From: Roseburia sp.
Lineage (GTDB): Bacteria > Bacillota > Clostridia > Lachnospirales > Lachnospiraceae
Assembly: GCA_014804775.1 (NCBI GenBank)
Contig: JAAUZB010000058.1
Span: forward strand, 15,180-79,179
Length of the DNA: 64,000 nt
Direction of reading: 5' to 3'
Under the pieces are notes generated by a model that had not been told where the DNA came from, made no database searches, and saw nothing but the letters and a program-made list of their open reading frames with translations. Positions within the stretch are counted from its first letter, which is position 1, and each line of letters begins with the position of its first letter. The position numbers and the translations under genes are program-made. Below are positions 23,198-33,604 of this stretch, piece after piece.

Positions 23198-23201
23198 CAA
23201 G

Positions 23202-24155
23202 TTACAGCATCTTTTTCTTTCGAAGAAAGAGCATGGTGATCACACAGATCAGAAGCGTGATCACGCAGATAATCAAGAATCCGTGCGGCGTATGGGCAAA
23301 CGGCATCCACCGTTCGTCTACATTCATACCGTATATGCCTGAAATGACAGTCGGAATCGCCATGACAATTGTAATGGATGTGAGATATTTCATGACATTG
23401 TTCAAGCGATTGTCAAGCACAGAAGACATCAGCTCTCTTGTTCCGTTTATGATATCGCGGTAAATCGACGTCATTTCGATCGCCTGCCGGTTCTCAACGA
23501 TCACATCTCCCAGCAATTCCTTGTCTTCCGGATACTGCTCCAGCCTTTTATACCGTGTCATACGGTCAAGCACGACACCGTTTGCACGAAGTGAAGTCGC
23601 AAAATAGACCAGTGTAGATTCCAACTCATGCAGATCGATCAGATCCATGTCCTCCATGTGTTTCCCGATCCGCTCCTCAATCTCCGTTCGTTTCTTGTCG
23701 ATGACACGCAGATTAACCTGATAAATGGATGCTGTGCGATACAGTATCTGATAGACGAAACGCAGGCGTTTTTTCGTGCTGAATTCCTTTACACGGTTTT
23801 CCACAAAATTCCTAAGCACGATCGTATCTTCCGTACAGATCGTAACGATGATGTCCTGTGTCAAAATGATGCCGAGCGGGATTGTGGTATAACTCTGCTT
23901 TTCATGCCGGATCTCTATCGTAGGAATATCCACCAGAATCAGCGTATATCCGTCCTGCAGCTCGATTCGGGAGCTCTCCTCCTCATCAAGCGCAGCCTGG
24001 ATATCCTCCACATCTACATTCAGCAGTTCTGCCATCTCCATGCACTCTTTTACGGTCGGCTTGATCATCTGTACCCACACGCCGCCCTCCAGTTTTTTTT
24101 CTTCATGTATGATCTGATCATCCGTCTTAAAGTATCTAACCACGCTAATCCTCAT
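23202..24155 (-). CDS. corA: CorA-family Mg2+ transporter
   Basis: YGMN signature after PTVISG; two C-terminal TM helices. Confidence 0.93.
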   Translation of the reverse strand: MRISVVRYFKTDDQIIHEEKKLEGGVWVQMIKPTVKECMEMAELLNVDVEDIQAALDEEESSRIELQDGYTLILVDIPTIEIRHEKQSYTTIPLGIILTQDIIVTICTEDTIVLRNFVENRVKEFSTKKRLRFVYQILYRTASIYQVNLRVIDKKRTEIEERIGKHMEDMDLIDLHELESTLVYFATSLRANGVVLDRMTRYKRLEQYPEDKELLGDVIVENRQAIEMTSIYRDIINGTRELMSSVLDNRLNNVMKYLTSITIVMAIPTVISGIYGMNVDERWMPFAHTPHGFLIICVITLLICVITMLFLRKKKML

Positions 24156-24261
24156 TCCCGCGCACTCTTTTGCGCATAAAATCTCAAACCCTGAATTTTC
24201 ATACCTTCATTCATCATATCATATTTTTTCCCATGCCGCCACGCTAAAATTCCGAAACTGT

Positions 24262-25176
24262 TCAGCTTCTTTCCTCCTGTTCTCTCTTTCCCGGCAGCTG
24301 TGAAAGCAGAATCGCTGCAAACATCAGTGCGCAGCCTCCCTTTTCACGTCCGGAAAGCGTCTGTCCGAGAATCGCCCAGCCCGCGATCACGGAGAATACA
24401 GCCTCCAGGCTTAAGATCAGGGATGCCACTGTCGGATTGAGACCTTTTTGTCCGACGATCTGCAGGGTATACGCCACCCCGCAGGACAATACGCCGGCAT
24501 ACAGGATCGGCAGCCATGCCTGCAAAATCTGCCCCACATCCGGTCTTTCAAACAACAGCATACAAATTCCAGACAGAATCCCGCAGACCAAAAACTGAAT
24601 GCATGACATTTTCACCCCGTCTACCCGCGGCGAATAGTGATCGACTGTGAGAATATGCACGGAAAATACGCCGGCACAGCAGAGCACCAACAGATCGCCT
24701 CTCTGAAATGAAAGCCTGTTCCCGGTCATACAAAGCAGGTAAAGCCCTGCCACAGCCAGTGCGATTGCGGCCCAAACCCTCACCCCCACACGCTTTTTTA
24801 GAAAAATTCCAAAGACAGGCACCAATACAATATACATCGCAGTCACAAATCCAGCTTTCCCCACCGTTGTGTCCTGCATTCCAATCTGCTGCAGACTCGT
24901 CGCGACAAAGAGAAGCACACCGCACGCGAGACCGCCGCTAAGCAGCGCCTTTTTCCCTTCCTGTGAATCATTCGCTGTTTCCTGCTTTGCACTGCTCTTT
25001 CTCCTCAAAAAAGCAATACAGGGAATCAGCACGATCGCTCCGATCAGGTTTCTTATCGCATTAAACGTAAACGGACCTATATAGTCCATCCCTACACTCT
25101 GCGCTACAAACGCCGCACCCCAGATTACCGACGTCAAGAGCAGCAGCATTGATTGTCTCAATGTGAATTTATTCAT
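24262..25176 (-). CDS. DMT/EamA family transporter
   Basis: IWGAAFVAQ, duplicated EamA repeats, SLEAVFS. Confidence 0.92.
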   Translation of the reverse strand: MNKFTLRQSMLLLLTSVIWGAAFVAQSVGMDYIGPFTFNAIRNLIGAIVLIPCIAFLRRKSSAKQETANDSQEGKKALLSGGLACGVLLFVATSLQQIGMQDTTVGKAGFVTAMYIVLVPVFGIFLKKRVGVRVWAAIALAVAGLYLLCMTGNRLSFQRGDLLVLCCAGVFSVHILTVDHYSPRVDGVKMSCIQFLVCGILSGICMLLFERPDVGQILQAWLPILYAGVLSCGVAYTLQIVGQKGLNPTVASLILSLEAVFSVIAGWAILGQTLSGREKGGCALMFAAILLSQLPGKREQEERS

Positions 25177-25276
25177 AGCATTCCTCTTTTTATAAATTAA
25201 TTATAACTTCTTCATATTATTTTCATTTTGAAGTCAAAATTCGGTCACATTTATCCTGTAAAATTATAAATATCAA

Positions 25277-25400
25277 AGGGAGCTGTTGAGTTTCAGCATT
25301 GCAGGTTGGAGTTCTGTCAGTTCCGACAAACTACTCTCCTGTCGGCAGGTACGCCAGACAGGTTATGATACAAAAGAGCGCCATCATTGGCGCTCTTTTA
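25277..25400. ncRNA. Candidate structured small RNA or leader in the EamA-traX spacer
   Basis: GC-rich block in an AT-rich spacer; hairpins GCTG/CAGC, CCGACA/TGTCGG and CCTGTC-GGC/GCC-GACAGG; ends at a terminator. Confidence 0.35.
25372..25399. terminator. Bidirectional intrinsic terminator downstream of traX
   Basis: AAAAGAGCGCCA-TCAT-TGGCGCTCTTTT. Confidence 0.85.
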
Positions 25401-25423
25401 TTGCCTTCATTTACTCCCATTCT

Positions 25424-26188
25424 TCATATTGCTGAAATATGCCCCAAACCGCAGCCCCAACAGATCAGATACAGCAGCAGCAGATGCACCGGGTAAAAGA
25501 AATAAAAGAAGTATTTGACGTTCCAACCCCTTTTTCCGTTATACAACGCAATCGGCAAGAAGGCAATGACCGCCGGCAGCTCCCACCAGAAAAAGGCAAG
25601 ACAGCCCGCCACAACCTGCCAGACACGTTTTTTTCGAAACAGATACAGCATCATAATACACCAAACGCCTCTGCCGCCGTAGTCCGTTGACAAAAGCTCT
25701 GCCGCCCCCATTCCGACCAGTACCTCGATCATCAGGAGAAGGGTGCGGGGAAAAGCGTCCCAGCGAGCCTGTTCCTCCGTCCAGCGGTATGCCATCATGG
25801 TGAGCAGCCCCAAAAACAGTGTAAAAAACACATTCTGATAATGGAATTCCAGAACGCAGCCGCTAAAGGCAAGATCAAACGGTATCTCAGAAAGCAGAGC
25901 AAACAGTCCCAGCCGCAATGCATACTTTTTTCGGTCTCCTGTGTGCTCGAAACCTTCCACCAACAGGAAGCAGAAGATTGGAAACGCAATTCTTCCCACG
26001 CCACGCATAGTGTCATAAATCTGCTGGAGCATTCCAGACTCTATCAGCCCGGATATCAGACTGCCGTCCACCGTGCTTCCGCGTGTCTTAAGAAAGCGCA
26101 TTAAAACCGCAGCCGCCACATGGTCAATGAGCATTGTGATAATTGCAATTAATTTTAAGGTGCTCCCGCTCAGCCCTTTTCTCTCCAT
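25424..26188 (-). CDS. TraX-family membrane protein
   Basis: LKLIAIITMLIDH, GRIAFPIFCFLLVEGF..T, SEIPFD, QNVFFTL, FYPVHL. Confidence 0.9.
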   Translation of the reverse strand: MERKGLSGSTLKLIAIITMLIDHVAAAVLMRFLKTRGSTVDGSLISGLIESGMLQQIYDTMRGVGRIAFPIFCFLLVEGFEHTGDRKKYALRLGLFALLSEIPFDLAFSGCVLEFHYQNVFFTLFLGLLTMMAYRWTEEQARWDAFPRTLLLMIEVLVGMGAAELLSTDYGGRGVWCIMMLYLFRKKRVWQVVAGCLAFFWWELPAVIAFLPIALYNGKRGWNVKYFFYFFYPVHLLLLYLICWGCGLGHISAI

Positions 26189-26233
26189 CTTCCCAGGTTC
26201 CTTTCCTCTCATGTCACAGCAGAGAGTTTACAG

Positions 26234-26932
26234 TTATTCTACAAACTCTTCCACGCATCTGCGGTATGCCGCCACGGGGTCCTCCGCCTGTGTGATCGGT
26301 CTTCCGACTACGATATAGTCAGAGCCAAGCTCTTTCGCTTTTTCCGGCGTGGTGACGCGCTTTTGGTCTCCCACATCTCCGTCTGCAAAACGGACCCCCG
26401 GCGTGATCGTAAGAAACTTCTCTCCGCAGACCTCATGAACCTTGCCCGCCTCCAGCGGAGAACAGACCACACCGTCCAGTCCTGCATTTCTGGCATTCTT
26501 TGCATAATGCATGACTGTCTCATCTATCGGCTTGTCTATCCAAAGTTCCTGCCGCATCACTTCCTCACTGGTAGAGGTAAGCTGCGTCACGGCGATCAGC
26601 AGCGGTCTTGTACCGTCCGGACGGGTCAGTCCCTCGAGAGCTGCCTGCATCATGCCGCCTGCTCCCGCCGCATGAACATTGCACATATCTACATCCAGAT
26701 TTGACAGTACCGCCATTGCCTTTTTCACTGTGTTCGGTATATCGTGCAGCTTCAGGTCAAGAAAAATCTTATGTCCCATACGCTTGATGTCCCGGACGAT
26801 CTCCGGTCCTTCCGCATAGAAAAGCTCCATTCCGATTTTCAAAAAAAGCTTTTCGTTCTTAAATTTGCCCAGAAAATCAATCACTTCGTCCTTACTGCTG
26901 AAATCACATGCAATGATCACGTCTTTTCCCAT
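26234..26932 (-). CDS. pyrF: Orotidine-5'-phosphate decarboxylase
   Basis: [13 protein letters not shown] signature, TPGVR, VVGRPI. Confidence 0.98.
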   Translation of the reverse strand: MGKDVIIACDFSSKDEVIDFLGKFKNEKLFLKIGMELFYAEGPEIVRDIKRMGHKIFLDLKLHDIPNTVKKAMAVLSNLDVDMCNVHAAGAGGMMQAALEGLTRPDGTRPLLIAVTQLTSTSEEVMRQELWIDKPIDETVMHYAKNARNAGLDGVVCSPLEAGKVHEVCGEKFLTITPGVRFADGDVGDQKRVTTPEKAKELGSDYIVVGRPITQAEDPVAAYRRCVEEFVE

Positions 26933-27057
26933 ATCTTCCTCCTTAATCCGATCGGATTGCTTCACCTAAAATTACCATTGCAATTATACACTTAAGGTGA
27001 TATTTTAGCAAGTGCACTTCTCCACAGCACACAGGCATGCCGGGGGGCGAACAAAAT

Positions 27058-27091
27058 AAGCAGGAAAACTGTCAACACAATTTTCCTGCTT
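27058..27091 (-). terminator. Terminator hairpin after the surface protein gene
   Basis: AAGCAGGAAAA...TTTTCCTGCTT inverted repeat. Confidence 0.6.
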
Positions 27092-27098
27092 CTATCCG

Positions 27099-29936
27099 TT
27101 ATTGCTTCCTTCTAACCCTGACCGATGAAAATATAAAACCTGTACCCATCACAAACAATATTATGTAGCCGTATATACAACTACTGTCCGACGTTTTTAC
27201 ACTCTCTATCCTCTGAGTCGTCATATTACTTTTTACATTTTCCGTCTTTTCTGCATTTTCTGCCTTTTCGGTGCTTTCCGTCTTTTCAGTGTTTTCCGCC
27301 TTTTCGGTACTTTCTGTCTTTTCAGTGCTTTCGGTATTTTCCGCCTTTTCGGCATCTTCCGTGTTTTCCGTATTTTCGGTATCTTCCGTGCTTTCTGTAT
27401 CTTCGGTATCTTCTGTGCTTTCCGTATCTTCCGTATTTTGATTGTCGTCCGACGAACCCGGCTTATCCCCTGCTGATTTCCGCCATACTGCATACAGGGT
27501 AACCTCCCCATTGTTATCCCCGCTCAGTTTCTCGATTTCTTCTCCGTCACTGTACTTGGCAGTCTCCGCATCCGGCTCCGTGTTCCACCCCACAAACTCA
27601 TACTCCTGCCTTGTAAATGCATTCTCTGGCAACGCTTCCTTCGCCGAATAATTCAGCGTCATGCCTTCCATACTTCCCTCGCCGCCATTGGCATCAAAAT
27701 GAATGGTGTATTTATACTCCTCCCAATGCGCATACAGCGTCTCGTTCTCTTCGCTCTCTTTGATGCTGTCTCCGGTTATCTCCGTACCGTTTTCACGGTC
27801 TGTGAACCAGCCTAGAAATGTATGCTTCTCCCATTCTGCGCCCGGCAGTTCACCGTACTCCGCATCCTTGTACACCTGTCTGCTCTGCTCGTCGCACATT
27901 CCTCCATTGGCGTCAAACGTAACCGTTGCAAGAGTCGGGGGAACGTCTGGTTCTTCCGGAATATCCGGCTCTTCCTTTTCCTTATACCACACCGCATACA
28001 GGGTAACCTCTCCATTGTTGTCCCCGCTCAGTTTCTGGACTTCTTCTCCATCACTGTACTCGGCAGTCTCCGCATCCGGCTCCGTGTTCCACCCCACAAA
28101 CTCATACTCCTGTCTTGTAAATGCATTCTCTGGCAACGCTTCCTTCGCCGAATAATTCAGCGTCATGTCTTCCATGCTTCCCTCGCCGCCATTAGCATCA
28201 AAATGGACGGTGTATTTATACTCCTCCCAGTGTGCATACAGCGTCTCGTTCTCTTCGCTCTCTTTGATGCTGTCTCCGGTTATCTCCGTACCGTTTTCAC
28301 GGTCTGTGAACCAGCCTAGAAATATATGCTTCTCCCACTCCGCGCCCGGCAGTTCACCGTACTCCGCGTCCTTGTACACCTGTCTGTTCTCTTCGTCACA
28401 CGTTCCTCCGTTAGGATCAAACGTGATCGTCGCAGGCGTCAGGATCTCTTTCCATACCGCATACAGGGTGACCTCTCCATTGTTGTCACCGCTCAGTTTC
28501 TGGACCTCTTCTCCGTCACCATACTCGGCAGTCTCCGCATCCGGCTCCGTGCTCCACCCCACAAACTCATAATCCTGTCTTGTAAATGCATTCTCTGGCA
28601 GCGCCTTCTTCTCCGAATAATTCAGCGTCATGTCTCCCATGTTTCCCGCGCCGCCATTGGCATCAAAATGGACGGTGTATTTATACTCCTCCCAGTGTGC
28701 ATACAGTGTCTCGCTCTCTTCACTCTCCTTGATGCTGTCTCCGGTTATCTCCGTACCGTTTTCACGGTCTGTATACCAGCCCAGAAATATATGCTTCTCC
28801 CATTTTGCTTCCGGCAGAGCATTCGCTTCACCGTAGACTGCACCTATGTACACTGGTCTGCTCTCTTCGTCACACTCTCCACCGTTGGGGTCAAATGTGA
28901 CTGTCGCTGCCGGGAGTTCTCTCCATACCGCATACAGGGTAACCTCTCCACCGTCGTCCCCACTCAGACTCTGAACCGCTTCGCTGTCACCGTACTCGGC
29001 GGTCTCCGCATCCGGGTCCATACTCCAACCCACAAACTCATAACCCTTCTTTGAAAAAGCATTCTCCGGCAGAGCCTTTTCTTCCGAATAATCCAGCGTC
29101 ATATCATCCATACTTCCCGCGCCGTCATTGGCATTAAAATGGACGGTGTATTTATACTCCTCCCAGTGCGCGTACAGCGTCTCGTCTCCCTCACTCAACT
29201 TGTTGCTTTCATCGCTAATTTCTGTACCGCTTTCTGTGAACCATCCCAGAAAATTATGCTTGTCCCATTCCGCTTCCGGCAATTTACCATACGCTGTATC
29301 AACATACATATATATAGCTCTGCTCTCTTCGTCACACTCTCCTCCGCCGGCATCAAACGTAACTGTCGTCTTTCCCATCAAAATATCATAATAAAGCTGA
29401 TTTACAGCAAGCTCTGAATAATCAGGCATACTGACCAGATCCGCTTTAGCGCCATAATCGCCGCCTTCAAGGTGCATCTCATTTTCCGGATGATCCGGAT
29501 CAGAGTATGTAAAAATAATAACATTGCTGAGGTAAAACGTCACATCGTTTCCATCTTTGTCCTTTGCGTGTATAGAGGGGGAATAACTCGTTGGTGTGTC
29601 GCTCCAATACTGAGTAAAGTACGTATCATTATTATATCGATGTAAACTATATCTGGTATGGCTTGTAAACGGCTCTAATGAAAGATATGTAATCGAGGCC
29701 GTACCATTAGTATCCTCTACAAGTACAGCAATCCATCTGTCCGGTTCAGAATCATTCTCAAATATTACTTGATATTTGTATTCACCGTATGAAGGCCGAT
29801 TGAGATAATAATCGTAATCGGTAAAGTTATCCCATGCACTTTTTGAGCTCGTGCCGGCAGCAAACACAAACTGTAGATTAGTAAAACAGACCATAATCGC
29901 AACAAGCAACGCGCACACTCTGATATATTTTTTCAT
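27099..29936 (-). CDS. Secreted, probably wall-anchored protein with eight InlB B-repeat (Listeria-Bacteroides) domains
   Basis: Signal peptide; repeated TVTFDANGG...FLGW...TLYAHW and YTVHFDANGG...FVGW...TLYAVW; E/K/T-rich stalk; C-terminal VKTSD + TM + RVRRKQ sorting-like signal. Confidence 0.88.
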   Translation of the reverse strand: MKKYIRVCALLVAIMVCFTNLQFVFAAGTSSKSAWDNFTDYDYYLNRPSYGEYKYQVIFENDSEPDRWIAVLVEDTNGTASITYLSLEPFTSHTRYSLHRYNNDTYFTQYWSDTPTSYSPSIHAKDKDGNDVTFYLSNVIIFTYSDPDHPENEMHLEGGDYGAKADLVSMPDYSELAVNQLYYDILMGKTTVTFDAGGGECDEESRAIYMYVDTAYGKLPEAEWDKHNFLGWFTESGTEISDESNKLSEGDETLYAHWEEYKYTVHFNANDGAGSMDDMTLDYSEEKALPENAFSKKGYEFVGWSMDPDAETAEYGDSEAVQSLSGDDGGEVTLYAVWRELPAATVTFDPNGGECDEESRPVYIGAVYGEANALPEAKWEKHIFLGWYTDRENGTEITGDSIKESEESETLYAHWEEYKYTVHFDANGGAGNMGDMTLNYSEKKALPENAFTRQDYEFVGWSTEPDAETAEYGDGEEVQKLSGDNNGEVTLYAVWKEILTPATITFDPNGGTCDEENRQVYKDAEYGELPGAEWEKHIFLGWFTDRENGTEITGDSIKESEENETLYAHWEEYKYTVHFDANGGEGSMEDMTLNYSAKEALPENAFTRQEYEFVGWNTEPDAETAEYSDGEEVQKLSGDNNGEVTLYAVWYKEKEEPDIPEEPDVPPTLATVTFDANGGMCDEQSRQVYKDAEYGELPGAEWEKHTFLGWFTDRENGTEITGDSIKESEENETLYAHWEEYKYTIHFDANGGEGSMEGMTLNYSAKEALPENAFTRQEYEFVGWNTEPDAETAKYSDGEEIEKLSGDNNGEVTLYAVWRKSAGDKPGSSDDNQNTEDTESTEDTEDTESTEDTENTENTEDAEKAENTESTEKTESTEKAENTEKTESTEKAENAEKTENVKSNMTTQRIESVKTSDSSCIYGYIILFVMGTGFIFSSVRVRRKQ
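27486..29365 (-). repeat. Four tandem ~460-500 bp two-domain repeat units
   Basis: Recurring GCATACAGGGTAACCTCTCCA and GGTGTATTTATACTCCTCCCA blocks; the last two units are nearly identical. Confidence 0.92.
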
Positions 29937-30098
29937 TGCGTTTCCCCATTCAAAAAATCCTCAAAACATCTTCCCTACAAAGTACATTGTAGTCCAAATC
30001 AGGGCAAATATCAATTAAAACTTTTAAAAGCTTCAACCTCAGTTTGTGCAAGCAATCCTATTGCGATTTTTACGCACATATCACATATACATCAAGTC

Positions 30099-30125
30099 AA
30101 AAAAAGCACTCCTTACGGAGTGCTT
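30099..30125 (-). terminator. Terminator after tRNA-Pro
   Basis: AAGCACTCC-TTAC-GGAGTGCTT stem followed by a U-tract on the minus strand. Confidence 0.8.
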
Positions 30126-30163
30126 AACTTCTGCCATGAGCTTTGATTTAATTCTCTTATTAA

Positions 30164-30237
30164 TCGGCGCGACAGGATTTGAACCTGCGACCTCTGCGTC
30201 CCGAACGCAGCGCTCTACCAAGCTGAGCCACGCGCCG
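30164..30237 (-). tRNA. tRNA-Pro (anticodon CGG), CCA not encoded
   Basis: CGGCGCGTGGCTCAGCTTGGTAGAGCGCTGCGTTCGGGACGCAGAGGTCGCAGGTTCAAATCCTGTCGCGCCGA folds as a cloverleaf; TAGACA-17-TAATAT promoter upstream. Confidence 0.97.
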
Positions 30238-30447
30238 ATATATCAAGCACGATTCTTATCTAAATCGCGCCTAATTATATTATCACAGTTCTTTCAAAAT
30301 GTCTACCCCAAATTTCATATTTTTTATATACCCCTGAATATTCGAGAAAATACGTCTGCAATTCAGTGGTAAATAAAATCAAATATCGTTTTAACTTTCA
30401 TAAATTTCCTCGAAACATCGCGAGATTTGCAATTACATATCCTTCCG

Positions 30448-30831
30448 TCACGAAATCTCTCCATGCTTCTCATAGTTTGTCGTCCGAGTCACATGGTTTT
30501 TCTCATCCACAAACAAAACCGTCGGGCGCAGTTCTTTTGCCTCCTCCGGAGACACCTGTGCATATGCCATAAGAATGATCTTATCTCCGGTCTGTACCAT
30601 ACGGGCCGCCGCACCGTTTAAACACATAACGCCGCTGCCACGTTCTCCGGCAATCGTATAAGTCTCAAATCTCGCACCGTTATTCACATCTACGATCTGC
30701 ACTTTCTCATACTCATAGATTCCTGCCTGCTCAAGCAGTTCTATATCCACTGTAATACTTCCAACATAGTCAAGCTCCGCCTGTGTGACTGTCGCACGGT
30801 GTATTTTTGCCTTCAACATTGTAATTGTCAT
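30448..30831 (-). CDS. panD: Aspartate 1-decarboxylase
   Basis: [18 protein letters not shown] (G-S autocleavage site), NGAAAR. Confidence 0.98.
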   Translation of the reverse strand: MTITMLKAKIHRATVTQAELDYVGSITVDIELLEQAGIYEYEKVQIVDVNNGARFETYTIAGERGSGVMCLNGAAARMVQTGDKIILMAYAQVSPEEAKELRPTVLFVDEKNHVTRTTNYEKHGEIS

Positions 30832-30994
30832 ATCTTTTCCCTCATCTTCACATCTAAGAAATTTCTCATTTCTGATCTTCCGCCTATATTCGCAAGATAC
30901 GGTTTGCTTTTTCCGCTCTTTTATCTGTATTCATGTCATATTTATCAATGCTCCGGGAGGGTAAAAACAAACCCGGAGCATCTTCTTTTGCCTC

Positions 30995-31846
30995 TTATAC
31001 CCCTTGCTGCTCGCAGATAAAGTTATCGATCAGCCTTGTCTTTCCAATATAGACTGCAATCGCAGCCAAAACATCTCCACTGATCTTATCTATCTGCTGC
31101 ACGGTATCAAGATTTACGATTTTTACATAATCAATCTTTGCGAGAGGCTCTTTTTCTATTTCCTCCCTCATGGCTGCAATAATCTTTTTGCAGTCCTGTT
31201 CTCCTTCTTCAACCATCTGCCTTCCCAAAAATATGGATCGGCTCAGCACCAGCGCCGCTTTTCTCTCTTCGGCAGACAGATATGTATTTCTCGAGCTCTT
31301 TGCCAGTCCGTCTTCTTCCCTTACGATCGGACACCCGATCACCGTAAGCGGCATATTCAGATCTTTTACCATACGTTTGATAACCGCAAGCTGCTGTGCG
31401 TCCTTCTGACCGAAATAAGCCTTATCCGACGTTACAATATTGAACAGTTTTGCCACGACCGTACACACTCCGCGGAAGTGAACCGGCCTGCTTAATCCAC
31501 AAAGTTCCTGCGTCAGAACGTTCATATCCACATAGGAATAGAAGTTTTCCCCATACATTTCTTCCGGTGTCGGGTGAAAAATAAGATCTACCCCGTGCGC
31601 CTCACACAGTGCGGCGTCATGCTCTAAATCCCGCGGGTAGCTGGCCAAGTCTTCATTCGGTCCAAACTGCATCGGATTTACAAAAATGCTGACGACAACC
31701 TTATCATTCTCTCCGGCGGCGTCAATCAGACTCATATGCCCTTCATGAAGATATCCCATCGTCGGGACAAATCCTACAGTATTTCCAGCCTTTTTCCACT
31801 CGCCAACCTGCGCGCGTACCTCTGTTATGGTTGATACGATTTTCAT
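30995..31846 (-). CDS. panC: Pantoate--beta-alanine ligase
   Basis: VPTMGYLHEGH, FVNPMQF, FGQKDAQQ, KSSRN, RLIDN. Confidence 0.98.
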   Translation of the reverse strand: MKIVSTITEVRAQVGEWKKAGNTVGFVPTMGYLHEGHMSLIDAAGENDKVVVSIFVNPMQFGPNEDLASYPRDLEHDAALCEAHGVDLIFHPTPEEMYGENFYSYVDMNVLTQELCGLSRPVHFRGVCTVVAKLFNIVTSDKAYFGQKDAQQLAVIKRMVKDLNMPLTVIGCPIVREEDGLAKSSRNTYLSAEERKAALVLSRSIFLGRQMVEEGEQDCKKIIAAMREEIEKEPLAKIDYVKIVNLDTVQQIDKISGDVLAAIAVYIGKTRLIDNFICEQQGV

Positions 31847-31875
31847 AGCTATGTTTCTCCTCTCTTTCCGAAACG

Positions 31876-32703
31876 TCAATACAGCTTCTCTATCACAGAA
31901 TCCTCTATTTTAAAGCAATGGTCTGCTGCCGGGAAGGTTCCTTCCTTTGTCTCACTGATATACGCCTTTACCCCTTCGCGCATAGTCTCTCCGGCATCCG
32001 CAAACACCTTGACAAACTTAGGCCGCATACCTCCATACATCCCCAGCAGATCCTGATATACCAATACCTGACCGTCACAATCCGGTCCCGCTCCGATTCC
32101 GATTGTAGGAATAGTCAGTTCCTCCGTGATCTTTTGCGCCAGCTTGGCGGGCACGCATTCCATAACGACCATGCATGCGCCGGCTGCCTCGATTGCCTTC
32201 GCATCCTCGATCAGCTTCTGTGCCGCCTTCAAATCTTTTCCCTGCACCTTAAATCCGCCGAATGCATTGACCGACTGAGGTGTGAGTCCGATATGCGCCA
32301 CCACCGGTATAGATGCCTTTACAATCGCCTCTATGTGAGGCGCATACTCCACACCACCTTCCAGCTTTACCGCATTTGCACGCCCTTCCTTCATCAGACG
32401 CCCGGCATTTACCACTGCGTCATAGACAGAGGTCTGGTAAGACATAAACGGCATATCCGTTACCACAAAAGCGTTCTGCGCCCCACGCGCTACTGCTGCC
32501 GAATGGTGTATCATGTCCTCCATCGTGACAGACAGAGTATCCTCATATCCCAGCATCGTCATTCCCAGCGAGTCACCGACCAGAATGGTATTGACACCTG
32601 CCTCATCCATGATCCTGGCTGTCGTGTAATCATAGGCAGTCACCATGACGATCTTATCTTTTTCTTCCTTCTGCTTCTGTAAAGTCAGCACCGTATTCTT
32701 CAT
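31876..32703 (-). CDS. panB: 3-methyl-2-oxobutanoate hydroxymethyltransferase
   Basis: [32 protein letters not shown]. Confidence 0.98.
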   Translation of the reverse strand: MKNTVLTLQKQKEEKDKIVMVTAYDYTTARIMDEAGVNTILVGDSLGMTMLGYEDTLSVTMEDMIHHSAAVARGAQNAFVVTDMPFMSYQTSVYDAVVNAGRLMKEGRANAVKLEGGVEYAPHIEAIVKASIPVVAHIGLTPQSVNAFGGFKVQGKDLKAAQKLIEDAKAIEAAGACMVVMECVPAKLAQKITEELTIPTIGIGAGPDCDGQVLVYQDLLGMYGGMRPKFVKVFADAGETMREGVKAYISETKEGTFPAADHCFKIEDSVIEKLY

Positions 32704-32730
32704 ATTTACCTCCACTCCTCACATCATCTC

Positions 32731-33591
32731 TTATTCTGCCGTGTCATCCCGCATATGGCTGCAGACCCTTTTCAACTCTGAATAGTCGCGCTCCGGATGC
32801 TTTTTCTGTGCCGCATTGATCAGGTAGCCGGCATTTTTCCGGTAAACCTCCTGCATTTCCGGATCCAGTGCACCGATATGCATTTTCACTGTCCCGATGT
32901 CATTGCGCTCCACCGGGCCGGTCAGAGATTCCACGCACCCCTGCTTTAATATGTGCTCCAAATTTCCTCTCGCAAGCTGATACAGCTCTTTTTTTGCCTC
33001 TTCCTCCTCAAATCCGCACTGTAAGAACAGATTCTGCGCCATATAAAACAGTGACGTCATATAATTGGAAGCCAAAGCTGCTGCCGCATGATATTTAATT
33101 TTGTTTTCCGCCGAAATGATCCGAGTGCGGTTTCCCATAGCCCGAAGCATTTCTTCTATAATATGGATATGTGTCTCATCACCCTCAATGGTAAACAGAA
33201 CCGTTGACAGTTCCTTCCATGAGCTTTCCCTGCTGCTCACCGCAAAAAGGGGATGTATGGAATAGGCATGGCATTTCTTTGCGCCTGCATCAGAAAAGAT
33301 ATATGAAGTGTGAAGACCGCTGCAGTGACAAACTATTTTTCCCGATACATAAGGCTTCGCCTGTTCCCAGACTTCGACGATCACCCCATCCGGTACCGTA
33401 AATAGAATCATATCGCAACTGCTTATGATTTCCTGCAAACTTTCATAACATTTCGTTCCTGTAAAATCTGCCGCCCATCTGGCAGATGTAAGGGTTTTGC
33501 TGTAATAACCTCCTATGTTTTGCCCCTTCTCCTTAAAATATTTCCCAAGTGACACGCCGACCCTGCCGGCGCCGATAAATCCTATCTGCAT
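32731..33591 (-). CDS. Rossmann-like + DUF2520 oxidoreductase (PanG-like ketopantoate reductase candidate)
   Basis: IGFIGAGRVG, HCSG, SIHP, YHAAA..ASN, LTGPVERND; first gene of the pan operon. Confidence 0.85.
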   Translation of the reverse strand: MQIGFIGAGRVGVSLGKYFKEKGQNIGGYYSKTLTSARWAADFTGTKCYESLQEIISSCDMILFTVPDGVIVEVWEQAKPYVSGKIVCHCSGLHTSYIFSDAGAKKCHAYSIHPLFAVSSRESSWKELSTVLFTIEGDETHIHIIEEMLRAMGNRTRIISAENKIKYHAAAALASNYMTSLFYMAQNLFLQCGFEEEEAKKELYQLARGNLEHILKQGCVESLTGPVERNDIGTVKMHIGALDPEMQEVYRKNAGYLINAAQKKHPERDYSELKRVCSHMRDDTAE

Positions 33592-33604
33592 ACACCGCCT
33601 CCTC

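Noticed and set aside
25300-25345. Resemblance to a fluoride riboswitch (GGAGTTC...ACTCTCC)
   Set aside because: Lacks the GAUG start and the CUxAUGAC 3' element, and no gene follows on that strand.
26933-27098. PyrR attenuator upstream of pyrF
   Set aside because: No AGUCCxGxGAGGCU-type binding loop seen.
27230-29365. Repeats as a possible CRISPR array
   Set aside because: In-frame coding repeats without unique spacers; no cas genes.
27000-30237. Surface protein gene as an island integrated at tRNA-Pro
   Set aside because: No duplicated tRNA 3' end or integrase found.
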